DNA from: Camelus dromedarius
Lineage: Eukaryota
Assembly (NCBI RefSeq): GCF_036321535.1
Contig: NC_087436.1
Span: 50,470,001-50,534,000 of the forward strand
Length of the DNA stretch: 64,000 nucleotides
Direction: 5' to 3'
In this document: one piece after another, positions 37,641-51,429 of the stretch
Layout: each line of letters opens with the position of its first letter
Position numbering within the stretch: position 1 is the stretch's first letter
The notes under the pieces: generated by a model
Told to the model about the DNA's origin: nothing
The model's database searches: none
What the model saw: only the letters and a program-made list of their open reading frames with translations
Position numbers and translations under genes: made by a program

Positions 37641-39114
37641 ACTCAAAGATGTGTCCCCTGTTTTCTGTCTCCATCCCACCGATGGCTTACCACCCCGACT
37701 TCTATTTCTATCCCTAGCCTATTCCTGCACATTTGGAATATAACTATCCTCCTTGAATTCCCAGAGGGAATATAATCTAAACTTTTTTCAATATATTCTA
37801 TTGGGAAAGCCCCTCTGTAAATTATAGGATATACTTTCCCACTTCAAATACTATCTCTCAATGACCCCACTTCTACCTTCTCTCTCCTCACCTGAACTCC
37901 CTGAAAACAGAATATCCTCCTAATATTTAATAACCCTCATTGTTGAGAATTTTTCCTCAAAATATATTTCAATCCTTTATGCATTGTTCAATGCCAATTC
38001 TTTGTCTTTCTTCAGCATAAAATGAACAATAAATGAATACTATGCTCTGCTTAAAAGATTTTCTTACAGTTGAAAACATTATTAAATTGTTCCTCATTGT
38101 TCAGTTTGATAAGAAAAAATGTAGTTTCCGGAAATTGTATATCAGAGGTGGAATCATTGAGGAAGACCAAGTACTCCTATTCAGCACCTGTGTTTTAGTA
38201 TGTTGAATGAATGCACAAATCTACTGCTTACCACATCAAGGTCACTGTTTACAAAAATCAACTAACTGGACCAAATACTCAAACTTAGAACACACACACA
38301 CACACACACACCCCAATAAATATAACACAAACGAAGGAGCATAGCATCATATAACCTTCCCATGCACATATTTTTTTCTTTATGCTAAAATCCTTAGGTG
38401 TTGCTGTTGAAAGACTTTAAAAATAAAACTTGGAATTTTATCGTGTTGAACTGAGAAGAAAGCAACAGAGTCAAATGTTGAGAAGTACAATTAAAAAGGA
38501 AGCAGTTAATTTTAGGATCTGTAAATGATACTATGGTGAGATTATCAAATCAAACTGATATTGGGTAAACAGACCCGAGAGAACATCTCTCTGCTAATGC
38601 TTGCTATTATCATTATAGTTCTGGGCTCTTGAGACAGTACAGTTTTATTCTTAACCCACAAAAGAAGAATATTATTAGTACACATAAAAGTCATCTAAGT
38701 ACAGTTTAAAGGTGCATAAACATTAAAAAAAAAAAAAAGCAGGATAAACATTACAAAAATAGCTGAATGCCATGGGAACCCCAGCAGTCAGGTTTAGAAG
38801 CAGCCCTGCTCCCTGGGCCTTCATCACCCAGGACCAGATTTTCCAACTGAAGGAGATTATTTTTAATTTGGTTTTGTTTATTACTGTGTATTTTGGCTTG
38901 GTTTTTTGTAGGAATTTGGGGCTTGTTGTTTGAGAGGTGAGGGGATAATAAATACAGTCACAACAAAACAAAAAAGCAAGAAGCTCACTACTTGGGACTA
39001 TCTATTACACTACAATACATTACTAACAAATAACAGAGAGAATCGGGTCTCTCAGTTTGTTTTCTTCTTTGTTTTAAGCACAATAATCTTCAAATAAAAA
39101 TATATAGAGTAAAC

Positions 39115-40600
39115 TTTCTAAAAACACACAAAGGCCTCAAATAGACAAAGCAATTTTGAGAAACAAGAAAGCTAGAAGCATCATACTCCCTGATTTCAAA
39201 CTCAATTACAAAGCTATAGCAAATTTTAAAATATATAGATACAGATATATAGATATATAGACATAGATACAGATATAGATATAGATGTAGTAAATAAAAC
39301 AGCATGACGTTGGCATAAAAACAGACATATAGATCAATGGAATGGAATAGAGAGCCCAGAAATAAACCCCACAAATACGGTCAATTAATTTACAACAAAG
39401 GGGTCAAAATATACAATAGGAAACAGAGGATCTTTTTAAGAAACAGTGTTGTGAAAACCAGACAGCCAGATGCAAAAAATGAAACTAGACTACTACCTTA
39501 CATCAGAAACAAATTAACTCAAAATGTATTAAAGGCTTGAATGTAAGACCTGACACCAGAAAACTCCTAGAAGAAAATATAGGCGGTAACCTTCCTTGAC
39601 ATAGGTCTTGGTGATGACTTTTTGGATCTGACACCAAAAGTAAAGACAACAAAAGCAAAAATAAACAAGAGGGACTATGTAAAACTAAAAATCTTCTGCA
39701 CATCAAAGAAATCCATCAACAAAATGAAAAAGCAACCTATTGACTGTTAGGAAATATTTGCAAATCATATATCTGATAAGGGGTTCATATCCAAAATACA
39801 TAAAGAACTCATACAACTCAATAGCAAAAGAGAAAAAATCAAACAATCTAATTAAAAAATGGGCAGAGACTTTGAATAGACATGTTTCCAAAGACGATAT
39901 ACAGATGACCAACAGGTACATGCAAAGGTGCTCGACATTCTTAATTATCAGGGAAATGCAAATCAAAATCCAGTGAGACATCACATCACACCTGTTAGAA
40001 TGGCTATTATCAAAAAGACAAAAAATAACAAGTGTTGGCAAAGGTGTGGAGAAAAAGGGAACACTTTTTGTTTGCATTTCTGGTGGGAATGTAAATTGGT
40101 ACAGTCATTATGGAAAACAGTATGGAGGGTCCGCCCAAAATTAAACATAGATTTGTCATATGATTCAGCAATTCCACTTCTGGGTATTTATCTGAATATA
40201 ATAAAAACATTAACTGTAAAAGATATATGCACCTTTATGTACATTACAGCATTATTTAAGAGAGCCAAGATGTGAAAGCAATCTATGTGTTCATTCACAG
40301 ATGAATAAGTTAAAAACATGTGGTATATATATATATATATATATGAAATATTATTTAGACATAAAAAAGAATGAAATTTTGTCATTTGCAACAATATGGA
40401 GGGACCTTGAGAGCATCATGATAAGTGAAGTAAGTCAAAGACAAATACAGTACAATCTCTTCTATGTAAAATCATTTTTAAAAACCCTCCATCAATAGAG
40501 AACAGATTAGTGGTTGCCAGAGGTGGGGGGTGGGAATGGGAGAAATGGATAAAGGGGGTCAAAAGGTAAAATAAATAAGTAAATAATTTTTAAATAATAA
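39115..40600 (+). mobile_element. L1 (L1MA/MB-like) ORF2 3' part and 3'UTR, with an internal (ATAGAT)n tract at about 39230-39286
   Basis: ORF 39928 [27 protein letters not shown]...WWECKLVQSLWKTVWR. Confidence 0.9.
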
Positions 40601-41464
40601 AAAATACAAGAATTCCAAAGTTTATTCCACACCTATTTGAGAAATACAATTACATGATAATGTAATCAATGTATATGATAATGATAATTAGCTTGCTATT
40701 ATTTCTATCCACTTATTAATTCCTCACATAAAGTCACAAGCATACTGTAGCAAAGAGAGAGTGAGATGGTGTCAGGTGAGTTTTAGACCAGACCGATACC
40801 CCCTCTCACTCACTATTTTCTCATGTCTATGAGAGAAGAAGTAGGTCACCATGAAGCTCCTATTTAGCTCTTCAACAAATCTAAGACAACATTTCATAGA
40901 AGTGTGAGTTTTAATAAAGTGCCCCTGTTAAAAACAAAGTTATTTCTATGTTTTCAGTAACCTTGTAAGTAAAAGGGTCTTTAAATAATTAGAATTTCAA
41001 ATTCAGAGCTAGACAAACATAGTTCATGTATTTGCTAGCTACCCTTCCCCTCACTATGGATGTTAGCTAGCATCCAATTTTTCATCTTAACTTACAGACT
41101 ACTGTTGAGTCTAACAGAGAGAAAGTTTAATGCTTACATGATAAAAAAAAATAGGATTGAAATAAAAAATTGGTGACATGAGAGTTGAAGAGCTTCCATC
41201 AGGTTAGTTAGTTTTTTTGCTTGCTTTAAGTTCACGTGGATCTAACCAGGGTAAATTTCATCCCTGAATACTAAAAGGCTTTGCAAGTGCAATGCAAGAC
41301 AAATGTCAGCATTTGAGACATTGTGGTGAATAAAGAAGAGTAACAGAAGACTGGAGATTAGCAAGCCACTGTTCCATTTTCCAAATACATTTTCTAGAAG
41401 CTACAGGTTTATAAAGTTTATTTCAACTGCTGGCAAAAAAAATGAACAAATCATTAGTACAGTG

Positions 41465-41990
41465 TGTGATCATTTATAAGTGTTAATAACCAAGAGCCAG
41501 CCTGGTCTTACAAAACAAAAGCCATACAAGTTAACCTAATATCCTTTCTTGACAACCAGGGTAGCATAACATGTTTCATTGGGGTTTCAGCAAGACCTTT
41601 GAAACTTTTAACTGATGTACATACTGATTCAATGGAGAAATATGATACGGATAATATTACAAGTGAGTGAATTATTAGCTAGATGAATAATGATAATAAA
41701 GAGTGTTAGTTAATAGAGAAAATTCAATGTATAATAAATTGTCTATTTTGATGCTTTCACCAACATTCGGAAGGAAAATTTGACTATCTGATTAGAAAAT
41801 TTACAAATAAACAGAAATTGGAAAAGCAATAGATATGTTTGAGAGCATAATCAAGATCCAAAATATGCAATAGCCTAAACTAATAAACCCTGTTAGGAAT
41901 ATTTTTTAAAACTTTAAGGAAGAATCTGAAATACTACCTACAGGTTCCAAAATTCAAGAACACAAATCCAAAATTAGGGAAACATGCCTT
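41465..41990 (+). mobile_element. L3/CR1 LINE RT remnant
   Basis: agccagcctggtcttacaaaacaaaagccatacaagttaacctaatatcctttcttgac resembles the QHGFTKNKSCQTNLISFFD motif; ttcagcaagacctttga resembles FSKAFD; tcaagatccaaaa. Confidence 0.65.
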
Positions 41991-43106
41991 AATTAAGTAG
42001 CTTTTTCCCATTCTCCTGAGATTCTTGCTCAAAACCTCAGAGAAACACCCATTTCCTTTTCACCCAGGGAGGTAAAAAGAGAAGGTTCTAGACCTTTAAT
42101 AAGATGCATATGAAGGACCAGAAGCAAAGTACACACCTCATGCTGAGGAGCCAGCAAGTGACTTTGCTGAAATAGAGCAAAAAGGCTGAAGTAATGAGTA
42201 ATGAGGAAAGAGTAGTTCGCCTGGAGGAAGGGACTGATGATAAATAATAGTTCGGGAGTAACTGTTAAGGCAGGAAGCAGGTAAACAGCAAGAGACTTCA
42301 GAACAAGGGAAACAACCATACCAATACCGTTTAGGGAGATAATCATCTCAATACCACTTCAAATTTATCATTCTTCTTGCTGCTCTGTATCTTAGAGACT
42401 GCATGGAAGGATGGTGGCACAAATCATGCTAAAAATGCTGGATTATCATCCAGGTAGAGACTGGACCATCCTAGTGACAGCGACAACTGGTTATATTTGA
42501 GGAGGCATGAATAATTTATCTCCCTGCTGTTGTGAGGTTAGCTTCTTTAAAAAAGAAAAAAGAAAAGAAAGAAAGAAACTTTTTTTTTCATAAAGTATGA
42601 CTTACTCATATATTCAGTTCTTTTGTCCATGTAAAGTGGTTTCAAAATTGGGAACTCTTATTAGTGTTAGAAGCAAGTTTACCAACATAAGCAAAATGTT
42701 AATAAATAGTCCCTTGCCTTGTCCTTAGTCTTAAGAGTACCAGGTCAGAGTATTAAAAGCAAGAAGCTTCTGATGGAAAAAGTTGAAATGAGGCATTGTG
42801 CGAAGTATTTTGAAGGAAACAAATATGAGCAAAACACCAATTCTGCCTTAGGAGCTAAAAATGTAATAGAGAGGTGTGAATGCACATTGAATCCAAAGAA
42901 GTGTATCTTGTGTTCAATGACCAGGACACACACAGTACTAGAAATTTTTAAAAGACAGCAAGACTCTTTCTGCCTGGGCTTATGAGGAAGCCTTCTTAGA
43001 AGAAATGGCACTTAGCAAGGCTGTAGTCAGTAGTCCAGGCTTTCCCTGGATATGAGACAGCCTACTACTTGAATAATGCTTGAACCTTCAAAATACAAAA
43101 AAATAA

Positions 43107-43591
43107 TGTGGCTATAGGTTTGATCTCTTCTGTTTTCACTCCTGATCCTCCTCTACCCTTCTCCACCCTGGTCTCTTCTCTGAGAGACTGGCCTGTGTGG
43201 ACTGTAGCAAGCTTCCAGTTGGGTTCAGTCAACCTGAGGTACCAGCAGGACAGCTGAAGCAGGAGTGAAAGGAGATCAGCATCTTTCTTGCTCCAAGCTC
43301 CTCCCTGCTGCCACCTAGATTATCTGTGTCTGTCTCCCAACAGCCAGCTCATTTCATAGGACAGTCTCCAGTTCTCTCACCACGTTCAGAGTCTACACCC
43401 CAGCTCCTACTCCTTTCAGCCTAAGAAAGCAAAGGCTGCCAGCTGATACTAGCCCTGGCAAGCTTCATTACCCCCTTGTGGTCTTCCTCAAATCTTGCCT
43501 ACACCTTTCTAAATTGTCCTTGTATCCAGCTCTGCTCAGTTACCTAGTCTGAGGGTGTCATCTCTTTCCTGGCAAGACCCTAGCACATACA
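43107..43591 (+). mobile_element. ERVL solo LTR, LTR33-like
   Basis: TG...CA ends; cttctccaccctg...gcttccagttgggttcagtcaa...gtgtcatctctttcctggcaagaccctag. Confidence 0.7.
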
Positions 43592-43814
43592 GTCCCCTTT
43601 GAAGTGTCATATTCATATTGCTAAGCTGAAGACTCTTATCAAGCCCAATATGAGTCTTTGCCTATGGAGAATGAGATATTAAAGATTCAAGATGCCAATC
43701 TGACTACATAAAGACTCTAAGGAAAGAGAATCAGCAGAAGCAAACACAAAGTCTTGTGCCTTTCCCCCAACATTAATACTTTCCCACTATATTTATTAGT
43801 GAGGCAATTAAATG

Positions 43815-44045
43815 ACCTGTTACTATGAGCTAACATTTACTGAGCCAGATGAAGTCCTAAGCACTTTACATGCATTAATCACATTTATTCTTCACAACAA
43901 CCTTATGAAGCAGATGCTACTAGAACAACATTTTATTGATGAGAGAACTGGAGCACAGAGCAACTGAGTGTTTCGTCCAGGATTTCACATAAAATTAAGT
44001 AGTAAACCTAGAATTTGTTCTCAGAAAATGTAATTCCAAAGCACA
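43815..44045 (-). mobile_element. MIR SINE
   Basis: gctaacatttactgag...ctaagcactttacatgcattaatcacatttattcttcacaacaacc...ggagcacagag. Confidence 0.8.
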
Positions 44046-45440
44046 TACCCACTTTGATGTTCCATTTAATTCTCCCTGTTCTTGGATTTGTTTTGTTTTG
44101 TTCTTGTTTTCGTTTTCAAGAAGTGAGGATCTGGGCCACCTAAAGAGTTTTTAAATGACCATAAAGAGTAGCTTGGATGTATAGAAAGTAGTTATAAACA
44201 AGCAATACGCAGCCTAAAGATAGAGAAGAAAGGGAATGATTTTATAGAATGAGATTCTCATTACTTTTGGATCAAGCATCCCAATTTTCAGCCTTCCTCA
44301 AGTACTAAGCTACTCTGGGCTCCTCAAAGCATGGCACTCAGGCAACAACCTCCATGCCATACACTCCAGAGACAGTTCAGCCCATTTTCCATTGGTGGTT
44401 TACCGTGATGCCATTACCAAGTCAAAGAAAGGCACCTCCAACTACTCTATGATAATGGGGGAGTTCTAGGTGCCCTCCTCACTGCCCACCCATCAATCTA
44501 CATGACACTATTCTGTGATAATGAGCTCTTTCCACTGTTGATGGACCACAACTGCCAATTTTACTCACAATCATGATTCTTGACAGCACTTGCTCAAAGT
44601 ACATATTTTGATCTTATTTCATTCACCCACTGAAACCTTTACATATTTCTATGTTAAAGTCCTGTTTTCAACCCTATTCCTAATAGTCTTGAGGACCAAT
44701 CTAAAAATCTACTCCAACACTATAATCCAGATTATCGTGGTTTTGATATATAACTGTATGTTTAACTTGATTCTTTCTAATTATTTCTGGGTTCTTTTTA
44801 CCTCTTGTTCCCCTGGACCTATACTCATATTCTTTCTAACTGTATCCAAAAGCAAAGTCCCATACTATATACCAATTCTTATAAGATTAAGTAGCAGGTG
44901 TTTTTCCTACACAAATTTTCTAGTAGAATTAACCCATATAAACAAGCATTTTAAAAAAGGCAAACTCTCATGCAAATTAAAATAAAAAATACCCAGAATA
45001 CTCAGAATGTGCCCTAGAAAAACCCAAAAACATCATTCAGAGAAAACAGCTAGAGTTCTTCCATGTTAAAAAATTGATACTGTCATTCACCCTAGACAAT
45101 AACCCTTTAATGGACATGTTGAAAGATGACATACGCTAGCTTTTATAAGCCTTTTCCTACTGGCTTGAAAGGTATATTTTAAGGAAAGAAAAACTTTGAT
45201 AACCTAGGTTAGCCTTAGAGATAGAATTAGGCAGGAATGTGGCAGTCAGAGATGAAAGGGGAACAGAAAGAATAATGGGCACAGTTAAGCAGTCATATAA
45301 ATTTTTCACATGATGATATAAAACCCAATTACAAAATGTCAGGCATTCTAAATTATCCTGCCTGAGTGCTTTAGACTGCACTCATAATATTTAAATTCAT
45401 GTCACTGGTATGACTTATGCAAGCTGTGGTTAATACTCAC

Positions 45441-45482
45441 CATCCTTATTATGGGGAAACCCAGGCACATATGTGACGGCAA
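45441..45482 (-). other. Candidate 42-nt frame-preserving exon
   Basis: Strong acceptor TTACCTTTTCCTTCTTGCCAG|, consensus donor ATG|GTGAGTA. Open frames (V)AVTYVPGFPHNKD or LPSHMCLGFPIIRM. Confidence 0.35.
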
Positions 45483-45639
45483 CTGGCAAGAAGGAAAAGG
45501 TAAATATATTCATCAAGTCTACAAATCTGAGCCAAAGAGGAGCAACAGCCATATGCTGAGGATCAATGAACAGAAAAACATATTCTTCAACACTTGTGAA
45601 CCTTTCAATCATGTATTTTATGAAACATAGTGTTATGAA

Positions 45640-47042
45640 CTTCCAAGTGCTCAGGTCAAAAATTTGGGACTTCTATCTTTGATTTACGTCTTTTTTTTCA
45701 CATTCCACATCCAATTCACCAGTAAAACCTCCGGTCTCTACTTTCAAATTATATGCCAAGTCCACTTCTTATCTGTACCAGTACCCAACTGCCCCAACCC
45801 CATTCCAATCCACTTCCATCTCTCAGCTAGATTATTACAATAACCTCCTTCTTAAGTACTCTCTCTGTGTCTACTCATGCACCCTACAATCTGTTCCCAA
45901 CAGAGCAATCAGAACAATCCTTTTAAACAAAAAATAGATGGTGTCACTTTCTGCTCATACCTTGAACTGCTTCCCATCTCATTCCTAGTAAAAGCCACAA
46001 GACTTCCATAAGCTATAGTGTCCTACATAATTTTTCCACCTTCTGCTCTACCACCATTTCTCCAACCTCATTACTCTCTTACTCCACTCCATCCATACTG
46101 GCCTCCTTGCTGCTCCCCTAACATACCAAACTCCTTTCCACCTATATTAGTCAGAATTCCCCAAATAGAGCCAATAGGAAATATACAGATATATAAAAGA
46201 GGAGATTTATTATAGTAATTGGCTCATGCGATTATGGAGGTCACAAAGTCCCATGATCTGCTGTCTGCAAGATGGAGAACTAGGAAAGTTGGTGTAATTC
46301 AGTCTGAGTTCAAATGCCTAAGAGGAGTGGATGATGTAAATCCCTGTCAGAGTCTGAAGGTTTGAGAACCAGGAGCACAGATGTCAAAGGGCAGTAGAAG
46401 ATGGATATCCAACCTTAAGTAAAGAGAACAAATTTGCCCTTCCTCTGTCTTTTTGTCCTATTCTAACCATCAACAGATTGGATGATGCCCACCAGCATTG
46501 ATGAGGGAAAACTTCTTTGCTCAGTTTGTTGATTCAAATTCTAATCTCTTCCAAAAATATCCTCACAGACATACCCAAAAATAATGTTTTACCAACTATC
46601 TGGGCATTTGTTAGTCCAGTCAAGTTGACATAGAAAATTAGCCATCATGCTACCCAAGAGCATTTGCAGCAGCTGCTGTTAATTACAGTTTAATTTCTCC
46701 AGATACCATCATGGCCCACTCACTCTCACTTCCTTTAAGTCCAGATACAAATATCAACTAATCAGAGGCTGCCTTTATAAACATCCTATATAAAATGGCA
46801 AGTCACCCCACCCACCCCCATATTTCCTATTCCCTTTATCCTGATTTATGCCTTTCTATGCACTAATTCCCACATGCCTTATTATATATCTATATATTTT
46901 CTCCCTCCCTCCATTGCAATATCAGCGCCTTGAAAGTAGAGACTTGCTTTATCCTAGATCCTCTGAACCTAAACCTAAACCTAGAATCATTCCTAGAACA
47001 TAGTAGTATCTCAATAAATATCTGTTGAGTTAATGAATGAAT
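45640..47042 (+). mobile_element. L2 LINE interrupted by an MLT2 LTR
   Basis: ccacatccaattcaccagtaa...ctagattattacaataacctcc; 3' end tctcaataaatatctgttgagttaatgaatgaa. Confidence 0.8.
46144..46648 (-). mobile_element. ERVL MLT2-type solo LTR
   Basis: ccagtcaagttgacatagaaaattagccatca is the reverse complement of the MLT2 5' end; also gatttattatagtaattggctcatgcgattatggagg. Confidence 0.85.
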
Positions 47043-47600
47043 TTATTAACAAGGGGTATAATTTTAATCATTTATGGCATCTTCTCTATGTGACTTCAGC
47101 TAGCCTAATTTCTCTTTGGAAAGGAATACTTGCCATTTTTAAAATTTCTCTCTTGAGGAAACCACTGTATGGACTTTAGTTTTTCTTTATTTACATCACC
47201 TTGAAGTTAGAAGAGATTTGAAACTTTCTCTAGTTTAAATGTTTCTTCACCCTAACAGCATATCCCATCTTTTAATGTGTTTGATTATCAGAAAATTCTT
47301 GTTTGTGTTGAACCAAAATTTGTCTACTTTTAACATTCATACTTTAAATCTTGTAAAGTTGTATCTTTACACATTCAGAAAGATTTTTAAAGAAAAAACA
47401 AACTTGAAATAAAGGACTTAAGGTAGGATTTAAGAACTTAAAGAAAAATTGCTTCAACTAAGAAATGATTTCCATGGAAATATGTCACCCACAACTTGTT
47501 TAGAACTGAGTGATGTTTACCTTGTTCTCTAAGTAAACATGACAATATTAGAAAGAGGCCGTCATAGTAGGAGTTTACACTCAAATCTTTGCCTGCTTAC

Positions 47601-47675
47601 CAATAGAACCATATAAAAAATAAGCTAGAATGATACAGTACTCTGAGAAATATTGGGCATCTACTAAAGAGATTC
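47601..47675 (-). other. Candidate 75-nt frame-preserving exon
   Basis: Acceptor TTAATCCTGTTTTTTTTTTCAATAG|, donor TTG|GTAAGC. Open frame (G)ISLVDAQYFSEYCIILAYFLYGSI. Confidence 0.3.
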
Positions 47676-48009
47676 CTATTGAAAAAAAAAACAGGATTAA
47701 AAGTGATAGGGAAGAGTTTAAGGACAAAGATTTACATTTATAAATAGGTAGTTGTATTTCTACTAATCCCAATATTTCTAATGTGTGTCACTTTATTATA
47801 AAGAAGATTCTTAAAGTACTTTTATTTAAAAAGATATTTTTAGGAGAAAAGCACTGCTGTATGAATCATATGCAACCTTGTTTATCCAGTCCACGGAAAA
47901 GATTAGAGTATCTGTATTTATATATTTACATACTTATTTACTTACTTATTTTCCATCTCTCCTACCAGAATAGAAACTGGATGAATATATGGCTTCCTCT
48001 GATGATTAA

Positions 48010-51000
48010 ACTTTTAAATCTTATTTTGGAATAGTTAGACATTCACAACACATATTTGCAAAGATAGTTCAGATCTGCACTATCAACTTCCCCCAATGGT
48101 TGCATTTTACAAAATTATAGTCCCTTATTAGAACTAGTAATTTGACACTGATACAATATATTAGTGTAGTTCTGTGTCATTTTGTGGTCTGTGTAAATCT
48201 GTGTAACTACCAACACAATCAAGAAACAGACTATTCCATCACCACAAAGATCTCCCCCATGCTCCTCTTTCCCACCACCCCAACATCTCTAACCCCGTAG
48301 GAACCATGAATCTGTTTTGATCTTTATAATTTTGACATTTCAAGAATGTTATATAAATGGGACCATACAATACATAACATTTTGAGAGTGATTTTTTCCC
48401 CTCAGCACAATGCTCATCCAAATTATTGCATGTATCAACAGTTCATTCATTTTTGTTGTTATTACTGTTGTCTGAATTTTGATTTTGGTTCTTTGCTGGG
48501 TAACATTCCGTGGTATAGATGTCCCTGAGTTGAGTTAACCACTCACCTACTGAAGGATATTTGAATTGTTTCTAGATTTGGCTATTATAAGTAAAGATGT
48601 TATAAACAATCACATACAGATTTTTGTGTGGACACAGGGTTTTTTAAGTTTATTTCTATTGTAGTATAGTTGATTGACAATACTGTATTAGTTTCAGGTG
48701 TACAATATAGGGATTCAACATTTGTATAGATTATACTCCAGTTAAAGCTATTACAAAATAATAGCTATATTTCTCTGTGCTATATCTTTGTTGCTTATTT
48801 ATTTTATACATAGCAGTTTGCATTTCTCAATCCCATACCTCCATCTTGCCCTTTCCTCTTCCCTCCCCGCCATTGGTAACCACTAGTTTGTTCTCTATAT
48901 CTGGAAGTCTGTTCCTTTTTGGTTATATTCACTAGTTTGTTTTGTTTTTGTAGATTCCACATATAAGTGATAATACACAATAGTTGTCTTTGTCTGACTT
49001 ATTTCACTAAGCGTAATACTCCCTAGGTCCATCCACATTGCAGCAAATGGCAGAATTTTATTCTTTTTTATGGATAATATTCCGTTGTACTTGTTGTGGT
49101 TTATATATGTGTGTATATATATATATATATTTCACATCTTCTTTATCTATTCATCTTTGATGGACACTTAGGTTGCTTCCATATCTTGGCTATTGTGAAT
49201 AATGTTGCTAAGAACATTGGAGTGCATGTATCTTTTCAAATTAGTGTTTTCATTTTCTTCAGATATACTCCCAGCAGTGAAATTGCTGGATCATATGGTA
49301 GTTCTATTTTCAGTTTTTGGAGGATCCTCCATACTGTCTTCCATAGTGGCTTGTGCATAGGTTTCATTTCTCTTGGATAAAAGCCCTGAAATACAATTTC
49401 TATGTTATAATGTAAGTGTATGTTTAGAGTTTTTAAGAAACTGACAAACTATTTTCTGAATTGGCTGTATCATTTTGGTTTCCCTCCAGCAATGTATGAA
49501 AGATCCAGTTTCTCAGCATCCTTGCTAGTATTTGGTACTATCATATTTTCAAATATAGCTATTCTTATAAGTAAGTAGTGACATCTCACTGTGGTCTTGA
49601 TTTGCATTTCCCTAATGGCTAGTGATGCTTAACATCTTTTGGTGTATTTATTTACAATCCATATATCCTCTTCAGTGAAATAGCAACTTCATGTCTTTTG
49701 CCTATTTCCTATTCACATTGTTTTTTAATATGAGTTTTCAGAATTCTCTATATATTCTAAAAATGAGTCCTTTGTCAGATATGTGGTTTGCAAATATTTT
49801 GTCCCAGTTTGTAGCTAATCATTTCATCCTCTTAACAAGATCTTTCACAGAAAAAGTGTTTCATTTTGATGACATCCAATTTATTGGTTTTTGTCTTTTA
49901 TGGATTGTGCTTTTTTTGTCATGTCTAAGAACTTGTCACCAAGCCCTAGACCCCAGAGAGTTTACTCCACGCTATCATCTAAAAGTTGCACATTTTATGT
50001 TCCACATTTAAATTTATGATGCATTTGGGCTTAATTTTTGCAAAAGGTGTGAGGTTTAGATTGAAATTTGGGGTTTTGGCTATGATTTTTATTTGGAAAA
50101 TTTTTTGTCTGTGAGTATAAAATTGCTCCAGCACCATTTGTTGAAAAGATTATCCTTCCTCCATTGAATTACTTTTGCACCTTCGTCAAAAGGCAGCTAG
50201 CCATACTTGTGTGAGTCTATTTCTTGGTTCTCTATTCTGCTTCACTGATCTACATGTCTAACCCTCTGCCAATACCACACAGTCATCATTACTCTAACTG
50301 GATAATAAGTCTCAAAATCAGGTCAACTGATTTCTCCCACTTTATTCTTCTTTTTCAAATTTGTTTTAGCTGTTCTACCTTTCCATATAAATTTTAGAAT
50401 AATCTTGTGTATATCTATAAAAAAAAGTCTTGTTGGGATTTTGAATATTTACATATCAATTACAGAAGAACTGACATCTTTACTATGTCGATTCTTCTAA
50501 TTCATGAACTTGGCATATCTCTCCATTTATTTAGATCCTCTTTGATTTCTTTCATCAAAACCATATCATTTTCAGAATAAAGTCCACAGATGTTTTGCTA
50601 AATTTACACCTAAGTATTTCTTTGAGTGATTATAAATGGCATTGTATTTTTTATTTGTTATCAGCATTCATTTGTGACTAAAAGAAACTCTCAGAAAACT
50701 AGAAATAGAGGGAAACTTCCCCAAGTTTAAAGAATATCTACAAAAAAAAACATAGCTAACATACTTAATGATGAAAGACTGAATGTATTCCCTTAGTACC
50801 AGGGTATAAGGCAAGGATGTCCACTCTCATCACTGCTATTCAACATACTATAGGAGGTTTTAGCCAGGGCAACAAGCAAGAAAAGGGAACAAGAGACATA
50901 CAGATGAGAAAAGAAGAAATAAAACTTTCCCTATTAGCAGATGGCATGGTGGATTATGTAGAAAATTCCAAGGAATCTATTTTTTTAAAAACCTCCTAGA

Positions 51001-51085
51001 ACTGATAAGTAAGTCAAGCAAGGTAGCAGGAGATAAGACTGACATAGAAAAATCAACTGATACCTATTATAATAGCAATAGACAC
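48010..51085 (-). mobile_element. Old L1 (L1MC-like) with 5' inversion: body on - (48010 to about 50660), inverted ORF2 segment on + (about 50665-51085)
   Basis: The - part runs from the 3'UTR up to the KNTMPFII..KYLGVNL region. The + part encodes the ORF2 stretch immediately upstream (ORF 50817: KQEKGTRDIQMRKEEIKLSLLADGMVDYVENSKES). Confidence 0.8.
48640..49350 (-). mobile_element. Younger L1 3' fragment (L1MA-like) nested in the L1MC element
   Basis: A second T-rich tail and 3'UTR begin at about 48640 (tattgtagtatagttgattgacaatactgtattagtttcaggtgtaca). The host resumes at about 49355 (ataggtttcatttctcttggataa). Confidence 0.75.
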
Positions 51086-51094
51086 CTTTCTCCT

Positions 51095-51415
51095 GACTCT
51101 TTTTGGAACTACAGTAACTTGAACTGTTTTAGTCCCATATGTCCCCATGGCTCTGTTTATTTTTTTCATCTATGTTTCCCTTTTTGTTCAGATTGGATAA
51201 TTTTTATTGTTCTGTGTTCAAGTTCACTGATTTTTTTTCCTCTGTCTTCTCCATTCTTTTGTTGAACCCACCCCTTGAGGGTTTTTTTGTGTGTGTATGC
51301 TTATTGGGGTTTTTTTAAGTTCTCAATTTCCATTTGTTTTTCCTTATATCTTCTATTTCTTTGCTGAGAATTTCAATTTTATGCCCAGACTTTCTATCAT
51401 CCAATGGTTTCAAGC
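51095..51415 (-). mobile_element. Old L1M ORF1-region fragment
   Basis: ttcagattggataatttttattg...tcaagttcactgattttt..ctctgtc; lysine/glutamate-rich translation KIEILSKEIEDIRKN. Confidence 0.6.
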
Positions 51416-51429
51416 ATATCTGGGTTTGG

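Noticed and set aside
6855..47675. Apparent similarity between GIPLSDAIDWLSE.. (6929) and GISLVDAQYFSE.. (47675), suggesting duplicated mutually exclusive exons
   Set aside because: Only a handful of identities over 25 aa with a gap, no evident nucleotide similarity, and one copy has a stop; compatible with chance.
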